Source of the DNA: Phoronis australis
Lineage: Eukaryota > Animalia > Phoronida
Reading direction: 5' to 3'
Assembly (NCBI GenBank): GCA_002633005.1
Contig: NMRA01000006.1
Location: 328,677 to 392,676 of the forward strand
DNA length: 64,000 nt
Shown here: positions 12,261 to 25,812 of the stretch, piece after piece
How positions within the stretch are numbered: position 1 is the stretch's first letter
How the letters are laid out: the number at the start of each line of letters is the position of its first letter
Program-made: the position numbers and the translations under genes
The notes under the pieces: model-generated
The model's database searches: none
Told to the model about the DNA's origin: nothing
Seen by the model: only the letters and a program-made list of their open reading frames with translations

Positions 12261-12565
12261 TTGACTTCCTCTTCAAGTGCTGTCTTGAACAGCTTCAACA
12301 GCAGGTACTCCTCACGAGTGTTTGACCCATAGTTGTACAAGGTCAACACCAGGGACTCCATAAACTTGGTAGACCTATCGTGAGGCATTTCGAAGATCAA
12401 CTTCGCCAGGTAGGTAGGATTCGTCTGTAGCAGGTAAAAGAGGTGCTGATACGAATTGACACGCTCGCGACTCTCCTTGCTGAGTGCCCTCAGCCCCCTC
12501 TGTTGTTGTACCCTGGCAGACCCATCCTTGTAGTGCTTGAGTTTCATGTCATGTGACACGACGTC
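12261..12565 (-). CDS. IQGAP1: IQGAP exon 26 (start of GRD)
   Basis: DVVSHDMKLK...GLRALSKE...YQHLFYLLQTNPTYLAKLIF...YNYGSNTREEYLLLKLFKTALEEEV. Confidence 0.97.
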
Positions 12566-13167
12566 CTGGAAACAGAGTTTGTAAACGAATGATAAAATAC
12601 AACTTCTAAACGACTAAACATCTTGAAATTTTCACCAGTGACATACTTTAAGGAATGAAGCAGACGGATTTTTCCTTCGCAGCACAGCAGATGTGTAATC
12701 CATTACAAAAACAGCTTCAGGGAATGGAATATTTAATAAGCATCAGTTAGAAATTTAATGGCTAATACACAGTTACACTTAATGTAGACTTTAAGTGACT
12801 TCATTTGATTTGTTACATTAAGTCATGCATGGGCTACTGCGTAAACGTCTATGATTGATCCATATTAGTTATGACAGTGCAAGTGCTATAGCTGCAACAG
12901 AACTAGCAGACCAGGGCTGAGTACCGTAGACACGTGACATAACAATAAAGTTGCAGCAAGAAATCTTTGCTTACACTATCTCAGAATTCAACATTCCAAG
13001 CTCATCAACCAATCACTGGTGGCCATTTTGTTATTAATAGACTAGTAAATTCCTGAGCCCTCGCAAAACACTCGCTTCCCACACGCAGCACGACGTGAAA
13101 AACATTTTTACAGACAAGTATTGACGTCACTGTACATCACGACAGCTGTTATCAACATGACACTCAC

Positions 13168-13289
13168 ATGAAGCGTAATTCTGTTCTTCACCAACAGGCC
13201 AATCTTGATGTCCATAGTGTCAAGGTCAGACTCCAGCTGTTGATTCGATCGGATTGCAGTCACTACCTTCTTACGCAGATTCTGAATTT
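13168..13289 (-). CDS. IQGAP1: IQGAP exon 25
   Basis: EIQNLRKKVVTAIRSNQQLESDLDTMDIKIGLLVKNRITLH. Confidence 0.96.
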
Positions 13290-15058
13290 CTAAAGAGATA
13301 ATAACACTCCATGTCACCAGGTGTCGCTCAGGGCACTTAGCATCTAGCCTTTCACATGGACCTTTTTACGATTCCAACAGTTATGCTTGCCTAAGATGAC
13401 TTATTGCAGGAAATCAGTCATTTTTGCCACCTGGCAATTTGGAAAATTTGTCTGCAGTGAAGGGAACAGTTTCCCACAAGTCTTTAGTTTTCGTATATCC
13501 ACAAAAAGCTAGTGGTTACTAGTAAAAAACCTACGACATGATTGGCTATTGACAAAAAAGATTGCAAGAGATACAGAAATGTGATTGACTGCTCATAAAT
13601 GTACTGCGATAGCGTAAAAAGAAAACAGTTGAGATGGAGTAGGTCAACAGAAAATGCAAAAGACTTTGAGATGCGCTCGGTCAATCGTAAAGATAATGCA
13701 AAATTTCTGAGACAAGATTTGTCATTCACATGAAGACTGCGCGAGACATAGGATAACAGAGTGCCATTCATAAAGGAACAGGAAGAGACTTTGAGATCTG
13801 ATGAGGCAATCACAACATGCTGAGATGTTAAGATAAGACTGACTTCTTATAAAGAGAATCCATGCAATATGGCTCACATACACTAAGTGCAATCATATGC
13901 CAGTTTGACTATAAACAAAATTGTTATTTATTCATCATATTTTTAAGACATCTTTTCCATCAAATAACATTCTGATGGTTGTCATGTATGGCACTCTACA
14001 AATGTCTTGCTTACCACGTATGGAGTCATATCCACTCCAGTAACATATGTATGTAATTCTGGACAACATGGATGTAATTACATAACCTTACATTTTAACG
14101 CAGTGCTCTAGATATAATCTTTAAAATAAAATCTTCTTGTACATACAAGGATTGTAATGTGGAGTCTTACTTTGACTTCTATTCCCTGTTGATGTGCGAC
14201 TGTGATAAAATGCTTTTTAATTTAGCACAGAAAATTGCGGATGCGCGGAATTAACTTTTGTGAAATTTCTTAACTCCATCTTTAGCAAAATGCTTTGCAC
14301 AGCTATCGCTAAACAAAATTTTAAAATTTTAAGCATTTAATCTGTCTTTGAAGAATTGTAATTTTAACAATTTATGAGCAAAATTAAAGAGAGTACAGAC
14401 TTAAAATCAGGAAGAGACGGCTAAAGAGTGCTCTTTTCTCTGACCTTTGTTAAGTGTACTTTCATAAGAACAATATATCACAAGTGGTGATACTGATGAC
14501 ATCACATCATGTACTGGGAGCGCTTCAGACAAGCAATGACTCGACGACAAGACAAGACAAGACGCTAGGTCTTAAGCTCAGACACTTTGGGAAACATTCA
14601 TCATGTAGACGGCATGCATTTGGACACCTCTGACGTATTTTCATTTAACACGAGACTATAGTGATTATCTATAAACAGTTGTTTTTCATAAACAATCTGG
14701 AAAACATTTTCTGACCACAATATTTTTGTTGAGTGCAACCGTCACGGCTTATCTCATTCCGGTTGCTTTCCTTTTTCAGTGAAGGAGGTTCACATTAGAG
14801 AAACAAACTGTCGTATTTTTATGAATCAAACATCACAGTATTCAGAATCGTTACTTTTTTCAGAGACTTTGAGAAGAATCAACTCAAGCTGATAATTACT
14901 GGAAATTGTTCACCTTTGAGGATACAAGGATAATGATGCAAGCTGTTCTCATGAACAGCATTCTTTTCTCATTAACACAATTTTTTTCCAACAGGGTTTA
15001 GTCAGTTAGTGTTTCTCTCAACCGTAATTCAATTCTCATAGACTCAGTTCTTCTCTTG

Positions 15059-15430
15059 TTAAGGTTCTTTAAGTCTGTGAATTGAGCCAACTATTTACAA
15101 AAGCATAACAGATTTAAGTATATATTTTCTAAAAGTAGAAAGTCTGTAGAATTTGTTTTTTTACTTTTTATCGACCTCCCTTTAAGTCACGTGGCCACAT
15201 CTTGTTAGTCAAATTTAACAAAAAGTAAAGGTACGTTGATAGCAAAACCACAGTATTAACATGATCTTAATATAAATGTTCACTAAGAAATTCCAGAATC
15301 ATTTCATTTCTGTTTTCTGCAACTTTTCGAGCTTTTTCAAGAAAATTGTAATAGTCCAATTTTTTGAAAAGTGGAAAATTTTAAAAACAATTCCAAACTG
15401 GATTTTGGAAAACTGTGTATAAAGCGTAGT
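15059..15430. mobile_element. Kolobok-like element (family C), copy 2
   Basis: TTAA|GGTT terminus and shared internal motifs with the 7753 and 19630-20044 copies; right boundary approximate. Confidence 0.45.
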
Positions 15431-15439
15431 ATACTTCAT

Positions 15440-15525
15440 ATTTATTTATTATTATTTATTAATGTAATATTTACAATGAGGGTAGCCCCATCAGTTCACA
15501 CTGCTTTCCATGGGGGCCATATGCA
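15440..15525 (-). mobile_element. 3' terminus of an L2/CR1-group non-LTR retroposon
   Basis: Minus strand reads ggcccccatggaaagcag...tggggctaccctc (small stem-loop) followed by an (aata)n tail, typical of 5'-truncated L2/CR1-type ends. Confidence 0.45.
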
Positions 15526-17397
15526 TCTGATCACCCATCTCTGAGATAAGATGTTCTGAAGTTGACAAAATTTGGAAAATTTTTAAGAGTCCAACGTTAC
15601 CTTAACCACTTTTTGTTTCCCGATTGACACACAGGTGGCACTAACTGTCTCAACACTGGGGAACGTTATGCAGTTAATGAGAAAAGAATTATGTTTGTAA
15701 GAAAAGGATTGCAGCACATGAGAAAGGAATTGCAGTTTGTTAAAATTTGCTTTCTTAGGAAATTCGAACCTTATAGCATTTTGTACTGCACAGTTGGCAT
15801 AAAATGGCATCTAATGGTAAAAACAGACCATTCGTAGCCAGATTAGCTTTTCATACTGAAAAATAATCTCAACACTTCATTCGTGTAAACGACAGACGAA
15901 TTACCAAAATCACTACAGTCCCACTATCAATGAAACGAGTCCACGGTGTCAACCAAAATGCCGACGTCAACACGTGTACAGTTTAAGATAAGGTGAGATC
16001 AGCGGAGATACAAAGGAAGCGCAGTGTGTCTCTCAAAGCACGTCTGTGACAAGAAATGATATCAACTTACCGTCATCCTCCTCACCATCTAAACACACGT
16101 CACGATATTTCAGAGACAGGGCAGTGCTCAGATTTCAATTTGAAGAGTTTGACAAATTTGGGATCTGAGTTATTCCCAAAACTGAACTTGCCCAAAATTG
16201 CCAGCTATTTTTCATTCAATTCACAAGTAATGCTATTTTTGGATATCGTTTTCCTTTTGTTGCTGCTGTCAGGCAGATCATCAGTCAATACACAAGTGAT
16301 ATCAACTTTTGGCTAGTCCTGTTCAATTTTGGAGAAAAGTTTCGGTATCGTCTCTGATTTTCTTCACAATGTAACATTTTTATAGAAAACACACAACATA
16401 ATGACTACTTTCTTTTAGTGCACAAGAAAACGTATATAAGGTGCGACAACAAATTTACTATCAATTACGTGCTTAATAAATAGCAGATTATTCATTTTTT
16501 ACATTTCAAACATAATGAAAGAACAGACAAAAACCAGAAGCAGAAATGGAAGATTGATGAAACAAATAATAATATACATATTTGTTTGCTAACGGAAACA
16601 ATTTGTGAAATCTTTGAGTGATCCATGCTCGTCACATGCACCTGTTTAATTTTAACGGCAACAATCATTATGGCTTTTCACGAAGACTGGCTTCTGCTTA
16701 AGTCGCAGTCACACTGTGTCATACGACGAGTTTCGTTCTCAGGAAGAGCCATGACATACGGTTCTCTATTAAACCTTGAGAAAGTCTTGTGACTTCACTA
16801 ACCACAAGATTACCCAAGACTGGAGGAGATATTTACAAGTTTTGAACAACACCAGAGGCTAACGATTACTCAAGACAGACTCTTGATATGTATAAGTGGA
16901 GAACAACAGGATTCAAGTCATCTCCTCAGGAGGTGAGGCTGTCGGAATCTACAACACCTGTGCTGCCATCTTGCAGAATGTGAAAGAACTTGGTAAAATA
17001 GGTGCAAACGTTTGAGCTTGTGATTGAAATATTTTTTGTGCTTCTAAAAAGGTAAAATAACACTAGTTTGTCTTAATCGAGGTTATTCAAAAAAAACAAC
17101 AAAAATTGGAAACAGGACCAGACTAAATCACATTTGAAAAATTTCCCCAATTTTAGCTTAAAAAATTGCGCGAGTTTAGTCATGAACCAATATAAACAAC
17201 TCATTTTTGAAAACTTCTGCATACATCAGGCACTGCTGCATGAAAGTGAAGTCATCCATTCTTCCACCAGAGGGCAGAAGCCATTGCATCGTGAAAGTTC
17301 TAAAGCCACCTGTAGCCAACAACAATGAACAAATCTCCACCAAATAACCAGCCTGAAGATGCACACAACCTCTCCCCACACCCCATCCAGCTCTTAC

Positions 17398-17484
17398 CTA
17401 TCTCTTCACTGTAATCTATGTCGCTCTGGTCAAGAAGATGGACGAACTTACGGACCACACTGACTGGTGGATCGTCGGCATGCA
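17398..17484 (-). CDS. IQGAP1: IQGAP exon 24
   Basis: HADDPPVSVVRKFVHLLDQSDIDYSEEI. Confidence 0.95.
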
Positions 17485-17869
17485 CTGAAACAGCAACAAA
17501 TATAGACCAGCTAAGACGCAACTGGTGATTCCATCTGGTGTTTAATCACAGAACCAGTATATTTCCATTTGCCACATTGCTTGCAGGGCATAAAATGAGG
17601 CTCCGTCAATCCCACGGTATTAGTAACAGCATTTAGTCATTTCTTAATTAAATATTAATAAATCACCTTTAATCTGAGTACGGAACTAGCCGAGACTAAA
17701 TCTTCGCCAACTGCAACCAGTCAAAGTCAATAGTCGGTGTTTTCGCCATGGCAATAATTATGACGATTCTTCAGCATCTTATTTTGCATACAATGTGACG
17801 AAAATTGACTTGTGACTTATTTCACCAAGCATACTTCTGATCACGTGCAAAACATCAATATTTGTACCA

Positions 17870-18080
17870 TACATCGCAAGCAAAATGTATTCAGACAAAA
17901 TGACCCAGAATTGCCTGTCATGACGGGTGGCCTGAATCTTTATTCACCGTCAGAGTAGTCTCCCCTGATGACCGTCAGAGTAGTCTCCCCTGATGACCAA
18001 GAATGAAGAGGAATTAACAGGAAGTGTTGCTAAGCAACTCCATAACTATAATTTTCCTCCCATAATAGTCATAACAAAGA
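17870..18080 (+). mobile_element. Tc1/mariner-like non-autonomous element (family A), copy 1
   Basis: aaatgtattcagacaaaatgacccagaatt...gtcatgacgg...agagtagtctcccctgatgacc, with an internal ~26-bp duplication. Confidence 0.7.
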
Positions 18081-18224
18081 AAAGATATAATTTTGTCTGG
18101 TGACTTTTGTCTTGTACTGAAAGCAGTTGTTACCATACACATTCACGTGTCAAAAAATGCAAATGACCTTACGACAATCAATACCTTTAACGATTCCATT
18201 TCACAAACTGTCATTTTAACTTAC

Positions 18225-18366
18225 TCAGTTGAACGTAGTCATTACGCGCCATGTTTGATCGGAAACACGCCTGAATTTTGACGATTTTATCTTCGTTCTC
18301 TTTGTAGAATTTTTTACGCTCCTTAAACCTTTTTCTCGCCTGCATCATCCTGACAGCAGCTTGTAG
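18225..18366 (-). CDS. IQGAP1: IQGAP exon 23 (IQ3, IQ4)
   Basis: LQAAVRMMQARKRFKERKKFYKENEDKIVKIQACFRSNMARNDYVQL. Confidence 0.95.
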
Positions 18367-18784
18367 CTGTGTGAAAAATTTGAACTTTCAACTTGAGTCA
18401 ACCTTCATTTGACAAAGTACAACAAACCAAGTATGGCCAATGTATAGGTTTAAGATTTGTTGGATTATTTTCCAACACGCCACAACATAAGATGGAGTAA
18501 TCACAAAAATAGAAATAGAAATATTTTAAAAAATCTGGAAAGAGTTGTATATCATGATTGCTAATCCTTAGCGTGTCATGTTTCAAATGATACATTACAA
18601 ACAAATAAATCACGAACTCAATTCATATCAATGGCTGCATTTGTGCTCAATTTGCAGAAAGTAAAAACATTGAAATACAAACAACATGCTACTTACACCT
18701 CCTTGCATTTACAACAGAACTGAATTTTTGATGATCAATTGTCTGGCAAGACCTCAATACAAAATACTCGACCGTACAAATAAG

Positions 18785-19039
18785 CAGGGCTTGGAATGAC
18801 CAATGACAAAAAAGAGGAAATTTTTCTAGGTGATGTATAGATTCACAAATAAATAGGCTTGTCTGAAAGAAATTTATGGTGTATTGCAAAGTTTAGCTGA
18901 AATAAACGTGTTTGCATGAATATACTCAAAATAATGATAAAAAGAGAAGAAAACAGAAGAAAACGTAAGAAATAAAATAAGAGGAAATCGAAAGCAAAAA
19001 AGAGGAAATCCTCTTAAAAGAGGAAAATTCCAAGCCCTG
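18785..19039. mobile_element. hAT-like MITE (family B), copy 2
   Basis: Perfect 13-bp TIR cagggcttggaat / attccaagccctg. Confidence 0.85.
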
Positions 19040-19113
19040 AATAAAACATCACGTTTGACAAAAAATCTCATTGTCAGCGTTAATTAGCATGCGGACCACT
19101 ATCCCGCTCTAAC

Positions 19114-19197
19114 CTTGATAACAGCAGCTTCATTAGACTTCAATACATCCAACCGATCTTGATACTGTTTCTTCTGTTTATATCCTCGCCAGCAGGA
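19114..19197 (-). CDS. IQGAP1: IQGAP exon 22 (IQ2)
   Basis: SCWRGYKQKKQYQDRLDVLKSNEAAVIK. Confidence 0.94.
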
Positions 19198-19629
19198 CTG
19201 AAAGCAGCACACAGTGTTACAAGTCTTCTGATTGGCTTAAGTGTCATGGTTACTGATTGGATGCCTATCCAGATGCATGTACTTCAACACTGACAACACT
19301 GTAAACATGCCTTCTTCTAAAATGGTTTCTTCTAAAATAAGTCAATGTGTTACACGGACAATACATTACCATTTGTGTTGTAAACCTGCCTTCTTCTAAA
19401 ATAAGTCAATGTCTCAGGTCAGAAGTGATTTCTGGGATTGGAAAGCAGACGTTCATTTACTACTGGCGACCAGGCTTGATGTGTAAAACGACTAACCAGA
19501 TCAAGTTATTGGGCCAGCTCACACTAACGAAAGGTCAATTCTTACCAAAGCCCAGAAAAATCCGAGACCAGTTTCATAAAATTAACCTGTTGAAAAATAA
19601 TTGTTTAAAAGAAGGTAGTTAATAGCAGC

Positions 19630-20044
19630 TATAGGAGTGTGTCTTTGTACTTAACTAAACATGACAAAATTACAGATTTTGAGCAAAAAATTATATCTAA
19701 CTTCTGAAAGTAGAAGACCTGTAGAACTTCATTTTTACTTTTTACCAATTTGTCATTAATTGGGTTATGTCTTTTTTGCAAAACAAGAACATTAAATTCC
19801 CTTTGAGGTAAACATTCAAGAAGTTTCAAAATCACCATTACAGTAACCCTTGCTTTTGTGCAGCAACCTTTGAGCTCTTTTTCACTAAAATCATAAAAGT
19901 CCTATTGATGTTAATGTGAATTTATTAAAAATATTTTTTAACAACGTTTAGGAGAAAAGTATGTAAAGCATAGAATCAGAAAGTTTCATATGAATCCTAT
20001 CAGCCAATATTTCGAAATTTTTCTTAAATGTTACATAACCTTAA
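19630..20044. mobile_element. Kolobok-like element (family C), copy 3
   Basis: Ends ttacataacc|TTAA, the inverse of the terminus at 7753; shared internal motif. Confidence 0.5.
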
Positions 20045-20495
20045 GTCCTCCGAATCCCCAGTGTGTAATGAAATCAGATTGGACGGCCCAGCCACATGCC
20101 AACATTGAGAACCAATGACAACATTCGACAAATTGCCGGAGAGTGCCATAAAATACCTTTTTCGAGTCAAAAATTAAAAAGCCGTGTTTATCTAGTTTGC
20201 TCGAGTGTTGGATGTCTGAACAAAACCTACAATGTACATAATGATTTAGTCAGTGTCTTCTTTACAAAAACTTTCATTGTGACTAACTTAGCTGGGAATG
20301 ATAACATTACTGTATAGGCGTGCATCTGTTGCGTATGTTAGAAACATGATATGAACAGCAGCATGAGAGTGAAATCTGGCTCCACTTACAACTAATAACC
20401 TTTAGTTCACTAAACTCTGACCTTGCTTTTCATTGGCGAAAGGAAATCACATTGACCAATCAGAGCAGGGCTTACAGAATGCCTCATGCACACAC

Positions 20496-20666
20496 CTGTA
20501 TGGCCACAATGGCAGGTAGTTGGGTCTTCATGAAGTTGAGTCGTTCTTGGAACTTCTTTCTAGCCAGATGACCTCGAATGAGCGCCTGCACTTGAATAAT
20601 GAACGGCTCGTTGGCTTTAAACAGGAGCTCCCGGTCATAGTCGGCTGTTACCTCGGTAACAACGCT
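20496..20666 (-). CDS. IQGAP1: IQGAP exon 21 (IQ1, start of IQ2)
   Basis: SVVTEVTADYDRELLFKANEPFIIQVQALIRGHLARKKFQERLNFMKTQLPAIVAIQ. Confidence 0.95.
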
Positions 20667-21568
20667 CTGAAATCAAATCGATTAAAATCATCGACCGTAC
20701 AGTAAACTTTTCTTAGTCAATAACTTGTTAACAGCAATGATGAAAATTTATTCTGGGACGCAGAGCCAGCTTTATGTGAAATATATTGCGTGTTCTCAAC
20801 ATGTTCTCCATGGAGCAATACTCGGGCGATCCTGGGGTCAATTTTCAGGTTGGGACAAGTGAGTTTGTTCAAACTGGCCCACGCAATTAGCATAAATTTG
20901 CATATAATGTTTTAGTTTCTTGTGGTCACAGCTATACACATCTTGTCTCATGGTATCAAATATTAACTAAGTCCTTTTAAAAACTTAAAAAACTTAAGAC
21001 GTCTAGCAAAAGAACGTAAAAAGAGCCATCATGGTTGATTGTACCACTTAAATGTTAATATAACTGATAGCTGGGGGACGGGGTTGTGACTGATGGGGTT
21101 TGTTTGCTCGCTATTTACGTTTCACAGGTACAATTTTAAATGCACGCTTTTCAAAGTGCCAATTGGAATCATATATATGGTAAAATGTCAACAATTTAGG
21201 ACACAACATGGCGGGCAAGTGAAATTTAATTTTCAAAATTATTAACAAAAATATAAAATAGCCTTATTATGCTTTGTCATGTTCAGGTTCTGTAGCATAG
21301 GTACCAAAAGGTAATATTTTTGAAAATTTTAGGCATTCACAACAAAGTTGGAAATGAAAAAAGCAAATGGCGATTATTTTTCCCTGAAATTGGTAAGATT
21401 TTACCGTAGCTCTCATCGATATCATCACCAAGAGAAAAATTTAATTTAAAATCCCGGCTTCGTGTTGCCAACATGTTGCTGTCTCTACATGCAGCTCTAG
21501 TTAACAAAGAAACCACGAAACTGTTTTTTAAACTTTTTATACAACATCTGTCAACTGCTAACTGTTAC

Positions 21569-21711
21569 CTGTATATCATCCCTAGTCAACAATTCATTGT
21601 CCTTGACAACAGATGGCCCTCTGGTCCAACCTGACTCCATTGTCTGGACGTTGAAGTAAAATTTATGACCCTCCTTTGTCCGGTTCATCATCCAGCCACT
21701 TCCTGTGTCGC
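21569..21711 (-). CDS. IQGAP1: IQGAP exon 20 (WW domain)
   Basis: DTGSGWMMNRTKEGHKFYFNVQTMESGWTRGPSVVKDNELLTRDDIQ. Confidence 0.94.
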
Positions 21712-23147
21712 CTAGCAACGCAAACGCAGCAGTAAGAAGTACGTTTAGTAAATAAAAATGGGACTGGTTTTATCAATTGTATGCCTGGTGAAAGCTATGA
21801 ATGTAGACATAATTACATGACGCAATACTGCAAATATACGCAAGACACATTTCAAGCTAAGTTATACTAAAAACAAATTAACATAGAACTGTCACCTAAG
21901 TGTAAATTGGTGTAAAGCTTAATAAAATTTTGTACACGAGACCAATTCTGTCACAAAAGTTTTTATTGAACGGACGTCTAAAGAGAGGCTCCAGGCAGAC
22001 ATGGGTACCTCGCTAGGTGGTTGGGTGATGGAATTGCTTCCCTCACCTAATACAACCACCACTCCTCTCAAGCGCCATCCCTCTCAAGTCCCATCCTCAT
22101 TCAAGCCCCCACCCCCTCTCAAGCCCCACCCNAAACTTCAACACAATTCTACTTTGACGCGAGTTCATAGAAAATATTGTAAGAATTGAAACCTACAGAT
22201 GACATATTTCCATTACATTCTGGACCAACCTATGCATTGACATATAGTCCAAATGCCTGCATCGCCCTCTAGGTCAACTTATTCACTGGCAATTATATTT
22301 TCTATTCAAATATCTAAATCTTGAACTGGCATGGAAAGGCAAATCACAAGCCTTTTTAATTCTGGTCTGCACACCACCTGTTGGCCACATCACGTGAACG
22401 GGGCAGAATTATTAGGTCACATGATGTGTCAAACAAGTGGCTGCAGATGATACTTAAAAATGTTTGTGACCTATTTTCTATTAATAACAAACTTTAAAGA
22501 CATGTCCTTTTTAAATAAGATATGGTAACGTGGGTACACGTTAAAAAGAGAGCAAGACATTTCAAACAAAATTAATTCGAGCTGATGTCCCTTCTAAAGG
22601 ACAAACTAAATCATGAAGGCTTACGCAGTTTGTGAAAATTGTTTCAATGAAGCATTCCAGACCACTGTTTATAAAAAGGAGCAAGAACATAATACTAACA
22701 ATAACGAAAAGCACAATATGTTAAAACAAGGCAATCAATTTGTAAAAGATCACTTTAAAGAACATAACATTTGCACAAACGGTACAAAAGATCAGACAAA
22801 ACATGGCGGACAAGTAAGATTTCATTTTAACATTTCTTCATAAAAACAAGTAATGCTTTATCATTTTAAAGTTTTATACTATAGCTACCAGCCAACAATG
22901 TTTGACAAAGAAGTTACTACCAAAAATGAAAAGCAAAATTGACTTTCCAATTACATTTGTCAGAAATTGGCGAGAGTTTATTATATCCGGAAACAGATAT
23001 TTTTGATTTAGTGGTGTGCAAGATGTCATTAATACTTGAATAACAGAGCAGAGGGGTCTCTGTTACAAGGACTTTTTGAAAATAATTGCAGTCAAATTTT
23101 AGTCCAATTGCAAGGTGCGAAAGAGGGATAAGTGAATAAAAAATTAT

Positions 23148-23380
23148 TATAGTACACGACAAAATTATTGAGAGAAAATAACCCAGAATTCCATGTCAAG
23201 ACGGCTGGGCGGAAGCCGAATTCACCGTCAAAGGAGTGTTCCTTCATGTCCTGAGAATGATGGGCAATCAACAGGACATTTAGTATTAGACGACAACGCC
23301 ATTCCGTAATTGGAATTGTGCCTCCCTAAAAGTTATTATAAGTAATATTTGCAGTCAGAATTAGTCATCATAACAGAAAA
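23148..23380 (+). mobile_element. Tc1/mariner-like element (family A), copy 2
   Basis: tatagtacacgacaaaattattgagagaaaataacccagaatt...acggctgggcggaagccgaattc. Confidence 0.7.
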
Positions 23381-23802
23381 ACAATTAAATAATTTTATCA
23401 ATTCCTTTTGTCTCGTACTCTGAATTATAGGAGATAGGTGTTTCGGGTTAAAGTTTACAAGGTGAATAAAGATGTGAGCACAAACTCAAAATGTAACACT
23501 TGTATCACGCTCTTGAACATTCTGGTTGAAACTAAATCACTGCAGTGCTGAATTGAAACAAACCTGAAGTTCGAAGCAAACTTATAAATAACTGAAACTG
23601 ATTTCCTCAAACTGCATTGAAGGATGTTTGGCAAAGAGTCTACATGAAACTACAAACAACACCGAATAACGTGTCCATGCAATCCGATTGGTATCATCAG
23701 CATTCCAACCAATGAGGAGCGGACAGATATTAGCACGATGACGACAGCGTCAAACAAAAATTGCACAACAAATATGGCCTCTCAGAAACACGACACAAGT
23801 AC

Positions 23803-23892
23803 CCGCGTTGGTGTCCGTGTAGCGTTTTAACCAGTTTGAGATGTGCTCGACGCTACAACTGTCTAGTAGCATGTTAATGACCACCATGAAGA
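23803..23892 (-). CDS. IQGAP1: Tentative IQGAP exon 19 (short, divergent half-repeat)
   Basis: tttcag acceptor, open in phase 1-1: IFMVVINMLLDSCSVEHISNWLKRYTDTNAG. The donor (gtactt) is weak and similarity to the AINxAxD repeat pattern is loose. Confidence 0.4.
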
Positions 23893-24567
23893 CTGAAACT
23901 AAATGGAGGTTAGAGGCTTACACCAAGTTCTGAGGCAATACCTAACGTCTGACATACAACTCTTTAAGATGAAAGTGACCCTAGATCGGTCTAATCACAA
24001 ATTCTGATGGACAAGATGAGCTGAACTGATGAAGACAGATTGTATTCATTTTTAATATTCACATTTCCTGATAGCGCTTTTGCATCTATGTTTAACATGA
24101 ACTACAGGTGGCACTGAAGGTTATCTACCAATTAGTTCATCGCCGTCTAGACGCAACATACTTCAACATGCCAATGTTATGTCACAAAAAGGCAAAATGA
24201 TGTATAACATCTTAAAAACGTACTTAAAAATGTCCCCCACATAGTATCTTGGAATTTCCTGCAATGTTTCTGGATCAGATAATCACACTGACACATACAA
24301 GTATGTCTTTAAAATGTTCTTTTTTAAATAGAGTCGAGAGAATTTTTACAGTTTAACACAGTCAAGTGGATTGATTGCAGCATACTGATTGCATCAGATT
24401 CTATGACCGCATTTGCTGTGCAAAACTTTTAGTAAGAAACTTTGACTTCACCATAGAATCACTGTATAGGGCTTTAAATTTCTGTGACTTAAACAATGAC
24501 GAACAAATATGTGCACAAATACCGAGTTCCTGATATCAAAAAACGGAGACCCGTTTACAATACGTAC

Positions 24568-24658
24568 TTTTGACGGCATCGTCTGCGTGTTTATTAGACC
24601 TGTCCACAGCTGACTGAATCTCTTCCAGCCACAAGAGGGCAGAATCATCACCCGAAAT
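24568..24658 (-). CDS. IQGAP1: IQGAP exon 18
   Basis: ISGDDSALLWLEEIQSAVDRSNKHADDAVK. Confidence 0.94.
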
Positions 24659-25054
24659 CTACAAAAGAGACGAGCATTAAATCCCATCGTAAGAACATAG
24701 AACCATTGAAGGATTGGAAATGAGACCGCATAAGATGTAAATGTGACCAAAAGAGTTTGCAACAGAAATACAACTTAAAAAAAGAACACCAACTCCTATT
24801 TTGGTGATTTCAACCAATCCTCAATCTGTCCCCTGCCAGTGCACCAATGGTGTCCCACTTGAATATAAATGCAGGATTCAACAATTGTTAAAGAACGCAA
24901 GGACACACGGATTTTTCATGAACAGATCAAAGATCATGATTCGTTTCGATGTATGAAATGTCAAGAATTTAGTTTATTATAAATCATATCCATCTAATTG
25001 TTTGGCAAACATGTCTCCAGCAACTTTAAGATCAAACTCATTTTAATTTTTAAC

Positions 25055-25218
25055 CTGAGCTTTTTTAGCCTTGTCGTGAGCCAATATTGCTTGATAGTGG
25101 ACGGCTTGGTTGCTGTGGATGTTTTGTAACTGGGCGCTAGGCAACTGCAGAGTTGCCAAGGTAACCTGGTCATCACCATTGTCAATAGCCTCGTTGATCT
25201 TGGCAATGGCTTCAATAC
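25055..25218 (-). CDS. IQGAP1: IQGAP exon 17 (IQGAP repeat)
   Basis: RIEAIAKINEAIDNGDDQVTLATLQLPSAQLQNIHSNQAVHYQAILAHDKAKKAQ. Confidence 0.94.
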
Positions 25219-25730
25219 CTGGACAATACAGAATTACAAGTGATGAAGGTGACTTACTGAAAATTGTAACAGATTTATACTGACAAAAAATATGAAAGTT
25301 CTAATAATTAAATGTGTTTTAAATGTTGATGCAAATGAATCGACGTGGTTAGTTTCTTAAAAATAAAACTACGGCTCAATATGTGAAAGATAATTCTAGT
25401 GCTTTACGCTAATTTGGTGTAAGTGTATTATCCAACTGCATTGTCATGTTCACAATATTGTACAAAATGGACCCTTTTTGTCATGGTTCACCAATGAGGG
25501 GTTCTTTCAGATAAGAGATGTTAGAATTATTATAGAATGACAATCCAGTAAAATAAAAAACTATGACTACAACTTATCAAATAACGACCATTATATCACA
25601 TTAAATATTCTATTCTCGGAGAAGCTCAACAGATTGGTAATACGAGACCTGAGACACTCCAAAGAGCAACAAACACCTTACTCCTGAATACCAGTGATGA
25701 GTTTGACATTTAACACCAGGTGTCACTTAC

Positions 25731-25812
25731 GTTCATGTTCTTCAGTCACTCTAGTGTTCACGGCATCAACGGCCTCCTGTATCTCCAGATGAGTCAATAG
25801 AGGATTACGTAA
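25731..25812 (-). CDS. IQGAP1: IQGAP exon 16
   Basis: LRNPLLTHLEIQEAVDAVNTRVTEEHE. Confidence 0.93.

Noticed and set aside
22989-23072. Candidate second half of the missing sixth repeat exon (VLVTETPLLCYSSINDILHTTKSKISVS)
   Set aside because: No GT donor at the required position (gatata), a weak acceptor and negligible similarity.
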